Virus record (IMG/VR): IMGVR_UViG_3300020043_000786 | Coordinates: 1-30,483 of that record | DNA from: a virus | Taxonomy: Duplodnaviria; Caudoviricetes | Length of the DNA: 30,483 nt | Direction: 5' to 3' (one strand) | Part shown: in pieces, positions 16,622 through 24,800 of the stretch | Position numbering within the stretch: the first letter of the stretch is position 1 | Layout of the letters: the number at the start of each line of letters is the position of its first letter | Notes under the pieces: model-generated | Databases searched by the model: none | Told to the model about the DNA's origin: nothing | What the model saw: only the letters and a program-made list of their open reading frames with translations | Program-made: the position numbers and the translations under genes

Positions 16622-18666
16622 TATCTACGTCCATCTGGTCTGCCATCCAATCTAGGACTACCTAACTGCCACTGGACATTTAACTCTGTAGACTCAATCT
16701 GAATTGCCATCTGTCTAGCCCTAGCTCGCATAAAGATCTGCTCGGTAAAGACGTCTACCGAGGTTTCAATCACATTCTGAGATTCTATATTGGAATAGGC
16801 GTTGCCAGGAAAATTCCGTGGTTTGATATACATAGTCACCGCAGGCAAGGTGGCAGTTGATCCTGCAAAACTAAGGTCAGGGATAATCCGCTTAGTCAGG
16901 ATAAACTGATCCCCGTCTACGAGGTCAAAGTCTGAAGACGAAATAAACGAGGTCATTGCCGTTGTGTCGTCATTTAAACCCTGCTCGTGGTTATAGATAA
17001 TGCTGTCGGCAGTCATTGAGGTCTGAACTACGAGCTGAGAGATATTGACGGTGTAAGTCCCAGCCCCGCCAGTCCCAGTGCCTAGAGCCGTTATCGTGGT
17101 TCCTGTAGCTACGCCCGTTCCAGTAATAACTGAACCAACTTGTAAATAACCTACAACACTATTTGCCACGGTCAAAGTAGTACCAGAAATAGCACCTGTA
17201 AAGTATGTCGCAGTCAGGGCTTGAGGGTATTCCCTTAGTGAGGAGTCTGACCACGCAGTACGGTCTATTGTGCCGTAATACCAAATTTTTTCTAAGTGGT
17301 TATAGATGACGTAGGCGTTATTGACTTGACTGTTTGCCGTTGGGTAGAACCACCAGACCTCGTTCCAGCCCTCATTAGATCCAGAAACAATTTGGTCGGC
17401 TTGAGAGTAGTTTAAATTCTGAAAGACGTGATTTCTAATCGTACAAGGCAAAGTCTCAACCCGTCCTGTATAAGCATAGAACTTGTCATGCCCAAACCAA
17501 TAAGCTGTGTTATTGACAGTAACGACTGAGCGTGGGCTAAGAATTGAGATATTGTCCGAAAGCTCATTAAGACTAAAGACGTCTGTGGTGCCTACGAACT
17601 GGAGAGAATTTAAGGTTCCTTCTGTATATACAAGAATTTCTTGGCGAGTTGCTACTGCACAGACAATGGCTGAACCACGGGATACCCGTATAAAACCTGC
17701 CGAATTTGTAACTTGGGGTGTCCAGACATTAGGTTGATCTTGGGTTGCCCAGCGAATTAATAAGGGATCAAACGTCCCTCCCCCGAATGGAGTGGCACCA
17801 AAACAAATAAGGTGTTTATCATTTTGGGAAACTAAGACCTGCATTGCCTGCGTTGGAACGTCCGCTGGGGCTATTCCCCCAATGGTGGTGGTCGCTAAAG
17901 GTGTGGCTCTTGTTGATGGACCACCTGAATATTGCCAATAATAGATAACACCATTACGGATATTAGCAACTAAGTCATTGTCAAAGTTTTGTAAAAACCA
18001 ATCCCGTTGAGAAAGAACCACTGGCGTTGGACTGCCAGCTCCCCAAGCACTAGTCCCCCATGTACCTGCACTCCAACCGTTTCCGTATGCAGCATTATTA
18101 TTTCCTATGCTAATCTGAAAAGCTGCTGTAATTCCTGTGCCACCGCCAGAAGCCGAAGACGTAGCCGCAGTCGCAGCGGTAATCGTAAAGGAATTTGCGT
18201 TTACTAAAGTAATAATAAACTCAGTATTTAAGTTAGGAGCCGTAATCCCGCCTACCGCTGTAGCCCCTGAAAAAGTTACATAGTCTCCGTCTAAAGCTCC
18301 ATGGGACGTAATTGCAACGGTGACGGTCTTCGAGCCATTAACAGTGGTAAAGCAGTTGTCTGTAGCCGTAGTAGTAAAAGTCTGCCGTATAGGAGTAATG
18401 TCATTTAGAAGCTGACCCGCTTCAATGTAAAGTTTCTTAGACGTTCCAAGGGCTAGATAGTTATCCGAAGCCGTACTAATCCAGTTAAACATCTGACGAC
18501 ATATTCCTGCGATTGTAAACGTCCCATAGCGTAACCAACCACCTATTTTCTGCGGATAGCCAGAGCGAAAACGCACTTTATTGCACTCAAAGAACCCACC
18601 CTCATTGGTGTAGTTAGTTTGATCTCTGTTTAAACCTGGCTTGAATTGTAGTTTTTGGAGTGGCAT
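16621..18666 (-). CDS. Putative tail nozzle / DNA-stabilisation protein (P22 gp10 / T7 gp12-like)
   Basis: 681 aa beta-rich; [33 protein letters not shown] and C-terminal [10 protein letters not shown] motifs; position upstream of the internal proteins. Confidence 0.7.
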   Translation of the reverse strand: MPLQKLQFKPGLNRDQTNYTNEGGFFECNKVRFRSGYPQKIGGWLRYGTFTIAGICRQMFNWISTASDNYLALGTSKKLYIEAGQLLNDITPIRQTFTTTATDNCFTTVNGSKTVTVAITSHGALDGDYVTFSGATAVGGITAPNLNTEFIITLVNANSFTITAATAATSSASGGGTGITAAFQISIGNNNAAYGNGWSAGTWGTSAWGAGSPTPVVLSQRDWFLQNFDNDLVANIRNGVIYYWQYSGGPSTRATPLATTTIGGIAPADVPTQAMQVLVSQNDKHLICFGATPFGGGTFDPLLIRWATQDQPNVWTPQVTNSAGFIRVSRGSAIVCAVATRQEILVYTEGTLNSLQFVGTTDVFSLNELSDNISILSPRSVVTVNNTAYWFGHDKFYAYTGRVETLPCTIRNHVFQNLNYSQADQIVSGSNEGWNEVWWFYPTANSQVNNAYVIYNHLEKIWYYGTIDRTAWSDSSLREYPQALTATYFTGAISGTTLTVANSVVGYLQVGSVITGTGVATGTTITALGTGTGGAGTYTVNISQLVVQTSMTADSIIYNHEQGLNDDTTAMTSFISSSDFDLVDGDQFILTKRIIPDLSFAGSTATLPAVTMYIKPRNFPGNAYSNIESQNVIETSVDVFTEQIFMRARARQMAIQIESTELNVQWQLGSPRLDGRPDGRR

Positions 18667-18667
18667 A

Positions 18668-19144
18668 TTAGCTCAAAAATAAGGCACGTTCATCGTTTCT
18701 GCGGGTTACTAGACCTTTCAGTACTTTACCCCCAGCCAGCGTATATTTCAAGAACTCCTCTGCCGCTTCTTCCATTTCGCCCCGAATAACCTTCTGACGG
18801 AGGGTGCTGCGCTGTAGTGTTCCCAGACCAACATTAAAGCTAAAAGATACAAGAGCATCGAATTGACCTTGAGTGAGCTTAACGGGACAGTAGCGTTCAA
18901 CACCTCGCTCAAAGCGATTAAGATCGTCTCTAAGAATGTCATCTACTTCCTCCATCGAAAAGGTACGGTCATCTTTATATTCCAAGGGGGTACTATCCCG
19001 TTCGTCTATCTTTAAAGCACCCTGCCGTGGGTAGAGTACATGACCCACACCAATCGTCCACAATTTTGCGGGACAGCGATATGGACGCTGGCGGACACCC
19101 TCATGGTGCTTAATCATTTTGATTGCTTTATCGCTTACTTTCAC
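18668..19144 (-). CDS. Endolysin, GH24 phage lysozyme
   Basis: HEG[13 protein letters not shown] (E-x8-C-x5-T triad), [21 protein letters not shown]; GTG at 19144 overlapping the upstream stop is the likely start (track gives 19192). Confidence 0.95.
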   Translation of the reverse strand: MKVSDKAIKMIKHHEGVRQRPYRCPAKLWTIGVGHVLYPRQGALKIDERDSTPLEYKDDRTFSMEEVDDILRDDLNRFERGVERYCPVKLTQGQFDALVSFSFNVGLGTLQRSTLRQKVIRGEMEEAAEEFLKYTLAGGKVLKGLVTRRNDERALFLS

Positions 19145-19623
19145 CGTTTGAACGCCTGAGTCCCGAACCAGAAAGAAACAATAGATGCCCAAATAATCTG
19201 GGTCTCATCATCCCATAGGAGGTTTAGCGCTACGTCAAATGGCACTTCCCGATGGAAGGCAAACCAGAACCCAAACAGCTCTACAAACATAAACATGATG
19301 AACATACCGTAGGTAATGGCTGGTCTAACCATCGCCCTAGAGTTCGTAACCCACTGAGAAGCACCCTTGCCAATCTCGATGTCGTGAGCATACAAAGACG
19401 CCCTTTCTTGGGCTTGGGTCTGCATCTCAATCTGCTGGGTCTTAATCTCTTCTACATGGGCTTGGGCTTGGAAGCCTCTCTCCATCATCTGGAGTTCTCG
19501 TTCAGTCTGCAAACGAGCCATATCCATCTCATGCTTCTTGTCGGATTTATCTTGGAAAAACCCTAGTAGGCTAGGTAGTCCGCCAGACAGGAATGATATA
19601 AGGGTAGTAAATAAGGTAATCAT
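19141..19623 (-). CDS. Putative holin (3-TM, GTA-holin-like)
   Basis: N-terminal hydrophobic segment, SQWV...RAMVRPAITY, two further TM segments ending IVSFWFG; directly upstream of the lysozyme. Confidence 0.7.
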   Translation of the reverse strand: MITLFTTLISFLSGGLPSLLGFFQDKSDKKHEMDMARLQTERELQMMERGFQAQAHVEEIKTQQIEMQTQAQERASLYAHDIEIGKGASQWVTNSRAMVRPAITYGMFIMFMFVELFGFWFAFHREVPFDVALNLLWDDETQIIWASIVSFWFGTQAFKR

Positions 19624-19880
19624 TTCTTTCCTCTTTCTTCTAAGAGTTTGACCCGCACATGGAGGTCATGAATATCTTTGTAAATTTCTTCACGCTGTTT
19701 TGCTCTGCGTTCGGCTGAAATAGGACTGTCCGTTGGTACGCCTTCGTTAGTAATTAGGGCTGGCATCTTGCCTTCAATCTGGGTCAGGCGGGTCTGGAAT
19801 GAGGATACTTGACCGAGTAGCCACGCTATACAGGCTACTAAGATCGGAATAACCGCCTTTAGTACGTCTTGCATATTCAT
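19620..19880 (-). CDS. Membrane-anchored hypothetical protein (lysis region)
   Basis: N-terminal TM AVIPILVACIAWLLG followed by coiled coil. Confidence 0.75.
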   Translation of the reverse strand: MNMQDVLKAVIPILVACIAWLLGQVSSFQTRLTQIEGKMPALITNEGVPTDSPISAERRAKQREEIYKDIHDLHVRVKLLEERGKK

Positions 19881-20329
19881 CTTTTAGACCCCCATACCAT
19901 GTAATAAGCTATCCAGCCCGCTGCTAAAAAGCACCAAAACTGCACCCATCTAACCTTTGACAACTCGGCATCAAAGTACTTCTTATCTTCCTTCTCAAGC
20001 CGCTCAATCTCGGTCTTGATGTCTATTAGCTTCTGCCACTCTTTAGTGCCGTACTTCTTTATAAAATCTACCCTTAGTTTGTACTCCTCATCCGATATTT
20101 GTTTACGGTGTTTGTACTCTTCAAGGGCTTTGAATATCGCCCGTTCTTTCCTTAACTCTGCTTCCCTGCGCTCACGGATTCTTGCATTTGCCCGTTCTTT
20201 TGCTACATCGACTGCTTCTTTCTGTACTTCTTCAATGTTCTTGCCGATCTCACGACCAGCTTCCCTGCCTGTCTTAATCCCTTCGCTGATCCCCTTGGCA
20301 CCAGCCGACAACCCCAGTTCGTCTGCCAT
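19877..20329 (-). CDS. Charged coiled-coil protein with C-terminal TM
   Basis: 150 aa; E/K/R-rich helix, C-terminal WVQFWCFLAAGWIAYYMVW. Confidence 0.75.
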   Translation of the reverse strand: MADELGLSAGAKGISEGIKTGREAGREIGKNIEEVQKEAVDVAKERANARIRERREAELRKERAIFKALEEYKHRKQISDEEYKLRVDFIKKYGTKEWQKLIDIKTEIERLEKEDKKYFDAELSKVRWVQFWCFLAAGWIAYYMVWGSKR

Positions 20330-20337
20330 GATTCAAT

Positions 20338-20550
20338 TTAAAATACCTCTCCGCCAGCGGCAGGAACAGAAGTTGCGTGAATCGAGATATGCTGTCTAAG
20401 GTTTAAAGGCGCACCGCAATCGGCACAAGTATCTGCCTCTAACTCAGACGCATCTAAGTCATAACCACAGGCGGCACAGACCACTTCTACTTCATGGTGT
20501 GGCTCAATCAGTCCGCCTTCTAAGGTTCTAGCTTCTACGATAGTTCTCAT
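20338..20550 (-). CDS. Zinc-ribbon small protein
   Basis: CAAC...CADC pair; ATGA overlap with the upstream gene. Confidence 0.7.
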   Translation of the reverse strand: MRTIVEARTLEGGLIEPHHEVEVVCAACGYDLDASELEADTCADCGAPLNLRQHISIHATSVPAAGGEVF

Positions 20551-20912
20551 GCTGTCTCTAACTCAACCCATGAGGTTGTAGCCTCGTCCCACGAGTAGCG
20601 TTTGTCATCGTTTGGATACGGTACTGGGGCTTCCCATAGATAAGAATCTTGGTTCATTGACCAGCTTGGGAATGGTTGTGGAGCAGCAAAGCCTGTGCCG
20701 TCCCATGTATAACCGATACCAGCATAGTTTTTATGCAGTGGCTCACGACCGCTAGGTGTGCCGTCTTGGTTATAGTGAACTCCACCACGGGTGTTGTAAG
20801 ATGTTTGTACCCAGTTTGCTGGATCACCCAAAGCGCCAGTTTGAATGAACGCTTCTTCAGCGACTACGACTTGTACAACTACGCCATTTTCTATTTTTGC
20901 AAAGTGTGCCAT
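20547..20912 (-). CDS. Conserved fibre-associated protein (MAHFAK family)
   Basis: MAHFAKIENGVV, WVQTSYN, KNYAGIGY, PQPFPSW, WEAPVPYP, WDEATTSW motifs; this family usually sits next to Gly-rich fibres. Confidence 0.8.
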   Translation of the reverse strand: MAHFAKIENGVVVQVVVAEEAFIQTGALGDPANWVQTSYNTRGGVHYNQDGTPSGREPLHKNYAGIGYTWDGTGFAAPQPFPSWSMNQDSYLWEAPVPYPNDDKRYSWDEATTSWVELETA

Positions 20913-21349
20913 TAGATAGATACTCCTAAGTTAATTGCTTTAAGTTGTTCGACTGTGGTTACTGCTGTAATTGATGCTTCTGTTGCCGTAGCCCATGCAA
21001 TAACCGCTGCACGATATGTAGCTACATCAGCAGGAATTTCAACATTACGCTCGGCTTTACGGATTACATACCAATCGGTCTGAGCTAGGGTCATGTTGGT
21101 GTTGTGTTTGACCTGTGCAATATGGTTTGACTTTAAGCCTTTGGTGATTAAACGCTCGGTAGAATCCACCATTACTGGATTTTCTGGGTCAGTTTTGTCT
21201 AAGACCTTTACGTACATTGGGTTGCCGTCTTGGTCAACCTCTTCACGGTCTTCAAGTTCTTTTGGTGTAGCAGTGTATGAACCATCTGGATTTGCCGTTA
21301 CCCAATAGTAGCGGTCATCTGGTCTGATTTCGTCTTGTCTAGTAAACAT
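20912..21349 (-). CDS. Putative tail fibre assembly chaperone
   Basis: LAQTDWYVIRKAE...YRAAV motif of phage tail assembly chaperones; downstream of the fibre; AGGA SD. Confidence 0.75.
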   Translation of the reverse strand: MFTRQDEIRPDDRYYWVTANPDGSYTATPKELEDREEVDQDGNPMYVKVLDKTDPENPVMVDSTERLITKGLKSNHIAQVKHNTNMTLAQTDWYVIRKAERNVEIPADVATYRAAVIAWATATEASITAVTTVEQLKAINLGVSI

Positions 21350-21357
21350 ATTAGTTC

Positions 21358-21834
21358 CTATCTTGCGTTAGCGTATTTAATTAAATAATCCTTTGCTTTT
21401 TCAAGCAAATCTAAGTTGTCGTAAAAAAGACCTAGTCCTCTATTACATTTGCCACACAGTAAACCTCTTACACGACCATCAGTATGACAATGGTCTATAG
21501 CCAATCTTCTTCCTTCGACCTCATCTTCATTACCACAAATAGCACACTTATAATCTTGTGCTTTGAGCATTTCTTCATATTCTGTTAGTGTAATACCGTA
21601 CTGTCTGCGAATTATTCCATCTCTCTTTTCTAGCCCTGAATAATTATGTGGTTTAAAGTATTCACAAGATCTAGTAGCACTATTTCTTTGAATCTCTCTG
21701 CCAACTTGTATATGTTCTTGACCACATGATTTGCATTTCACCACCCATCTATTAGGCAAGTCTGGTCTAAGAACGACTGCATAGTCATTCTCAAACCCAA
21801 CTAAATCTATTCTTGGCTTTCGTACTCTCATCAC
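21358..21834 (-). CDS. Free-standing homing endonuclease, recombination endonuclease VII (HNH-like) family
   Basis: YGITLTEY..ML..Q...CAIC...LAIDHCH..GRVRGLLCGKCNRGLG.F.D signature; N-terminal RIDLVG...W..KCKSCG...SC resembles HEG DNA-binding modules. Confidence 0.9.
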   Translation of the reverse strand: MMRVRKPRIDLVGFENDYAVVLRPDLPNRWVVKCKSCGQEHIQVGREIQRNSATRSCEYFKPHNYSGLEKRDGIIRRQYGITLTEYEEMLKAQDYKCAICGNEDEVEGRRLAIDHCHTDGRVRGLLCGKCNRGLGLFYDNLDLLEKAKDYLIKYANAR

Positions 21835-24800
21835 CTAGCATTACTATACTTAAAGGGGTTTTCGGCAAATGCCATGTATATGTAAGTGCCACCATTTGAA
21901 TTTGTATCAGCACCATTAAATCTGTTTTTAAAACCATTTGATAAAAAATCCATGTGGTCTACTCCAGAACCTTCTGCATTAGAATTATTTGCAAAGAACC
22001 AGTTTGAAATTGCATTGTATGGAGAGCAAGCAGAATTATCTATTAGCCAACCTTCAGTACCGCCATCAGTTCGTTTAACCATAATCCAACGAGGTCTAAA
22101 TCCTGTGTATACAAAAGTTCCGTCACTAGAGCCATTACCTGTGTATGAGCCAAATGCAGAGTATCCAGCGATAGGTGCAAAGCAGTAGGCTACATAAGTA
22201 CCACCACTAGCATTTAAATCACTATCAGTTCCAATACTAAATACAGTTGATGTCGGTAAAGTAGTGGTAAATCTATTCGGTGAATTTGCTTCTGCTCCAG
22301 TTGATTGCAAAGACAATACATATCCAGCGGCTAAAGTTATGAAATATACAGACCATCCTGAACTGCCAGAATCTCTGCGTTTTACAATAATCATGCTAGG
22401 TGCAACACCTAATCCATGACCAATAGTTGCTGTGCTTCCTGTACCTGTATAGGTGGCAATACTAAATCCAGCGGTTGTATTAGCACTTACTGTAGATGTA
22501 ATAGTGCCTGCTGTGTTAGATGAACCTGCTCCGTTGGCTTTCCAGTTCCATGCGACATAGGTATCCGCACTTGTGTTTAACTGCGCTAATGCACCAACAG
22601 TAAAACCATCTGAGCCAAATGCTGTTAAACCTGTGGTTTCGGTTGTTTCTGCGTCAGTATTATTACTTTCTAATTGTTTTTGAACGCCACGAACTGCATC
22701 ATAAAGTCCATGGTCAGCAGAAGCATTGCGTTCTTTAATCCATGTCCAATCTGGTTGGAATCCTAGCCCTGTAATAGATTGACTAGAACCTGTGCCTGTG
22801 TACAAAGCAATATTCATATACTTATTCGCTGTTGTAGATGCAGTAGCACCAATCGTAGGAGTAGGTAAGTTAAATGTGTTTAGTGCTACAAAGCCTGATG
22901 GTGGGGTGTAGGAGAATGGTCTTTGACCATGATTTATCCATCCTGACATATTGCCTGAGTTAGCACCATTCTGAACCCAAACCATTACTGATTGACCAAC
23001 AAACGAGCTTACAGAAATAGCACCTTGGCTTACATTGTTTTTGTAATAAGTAACAGTCGGAGTTGCTGCATCCATGTCAAGAGCAACACCAATTACATCA
23101 TTGTCAGTCCAAGTTGCACCATAAGCTGCTTCGCTTGCACCACTATTTAAAGTTCCTAAACCTCTATTGCCATTAGGCTGATAGTAAACACCATAAACTG
23201 ATGCTCTAGCAGCTACTGTAACTAAGCCAAATAAAGGTACTGCTGATGCAGTATTAGAAGTATTTGACATTTCCCAATAATACTTGCCACTTGATACTGC
23301 AATAGTGCCAAAAGCATTTCTACCGCTTGTGCCATAGTTTAAATTGGCATTTGATAAAGTAAGAGAAGTTTGACCACTAGCAAAGTAATCGCCAGCAGCA
23401 ACTGGATTCAAAGTAGCAAAATTACTAGCAGTCGCACTTGTCAATGTCGGCACATCGGTCATGCTGTCATAAGTAGAGCCAGCAGTTAATGAGATGTTAT
23501 TGGCGGTCCAGTTGTTGCCGTTTGGAGAATAGTCAGCCGCAATATTAAAACCACCTAATGTTCCAGAGGAGGTAAATGTATGGATAGTGTTACCGCCAGA
23601 AGATGTTACTGTTCCGCCATTAAATTGTTGTGAGCCAGCGTAAGAAATAATTACGATTCCTGATCCACCAGCACCACCTGTACCAGCAGTTGATGCACCA
23701 CCGCCACCGCCTGTATTAGGCGTTCCAGCACCTCCAGTTAAACCACTAGGTGGATAATTTGTTCCAGCACCGCCACCGCCAAGACCACCAGCCCATGCTT
23801 GTGTACTATCTTTACCACCACCACCGCCACCAGCGTAGTATGTGCTAGAACCTGAAATGGATGATGCTAATCCGTCTCCTCCTGACAAATCAGTTGCACC
23901 AGAGCCACCTTTTCCAGCAAAGCCAGCGCCACCGCCACTACCAGAAATGCTTTGTGGATCCCAGCCTTGCCCACCAGCATTACCTTGTCCCGCAGTTCCA
24001 GCGCCACCAGCTCTACTTCCATCAGATGTTCCACCACCACCTGAACCGCCTGATCCACCAACTTCATTTCCAGCACCACCTTCTCCACCGCCTATAGAAG
24101 TAATAGAAGAAAATATGGAATTATTGCCAACAACATTTTGTGCGCCACCAGCCCCTACTGTAACTGTATAAGAAGCTCCTGTACTTATCGATAAAGTGCT
24201 TGTTTGATAACCACCACCACCGCCCCCACCATTTCTATCACTATTTCCACCGCCGCCACCGCCGCCGCCAGCTACTACTAAATAATTAGCTGTAACTATA
24301 TTGTTTGTAAACGGCAAATAGAATCCATTAGTACCGTAGCTACCACCGTAGCGGATAGGTTGCCAGACACCGAGTCCGTTAGATGTACCGAAGCTGTTTG
24401 GTGTTAGTGCCTGACCGTCAATATAATTTAGTTCAGTTGTGTATCCATCAAAGAAATATTGATTTCCTTGCTGTGCATTTATAAAATAGCCAGTATTACC
24501 AGATGCATTCCATACTAACGCTTGGTTTTGATTTGGGTAGTTTGCTGTTCCAAATGCAGTTACTTGAACTCCATTAACATAGAATTTAATTCTGTTTGAT
24601 GCAGTAGCTTGTGTTGTATCTACAGCTAAGACAAAGTGATACCAAGCAGATGGGTCACGAAATACTTGGGTGGTTGATAATTGACCAGTGTAAGAAGAAC
24701 CATCGTAATAAACATAAATGTCTAGCGTATCGTTTGAATTAAAACGCATTTGACCGTTATATGTACCTGTAAAAAATGTATAACCAATTGTTTGGAATGC

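Noticed and set aside
16296-18942. Alternate-frame ORFs 16296-16646 and 18748-18942 as embedded spanins
   Set aside because: No convincing signal peptide with lipobox and no evident SD; the main frames carry the conserved motifs
21358-21860. Group I intron or intein housing the endonuclease
   Set aside because: The fibre has its own stop, the nuclease ORF fills the interval with no room for a ribozyme core, and there are no intein terminal motifs
21831-22850. Diversity-generating retroelement target at the fibre C-terminus
   Set aside because: No reverse transcriptase and no template repeat differing only at adenines seen in this window; the KYSNAR/KYANAR differences are not adenine-specific
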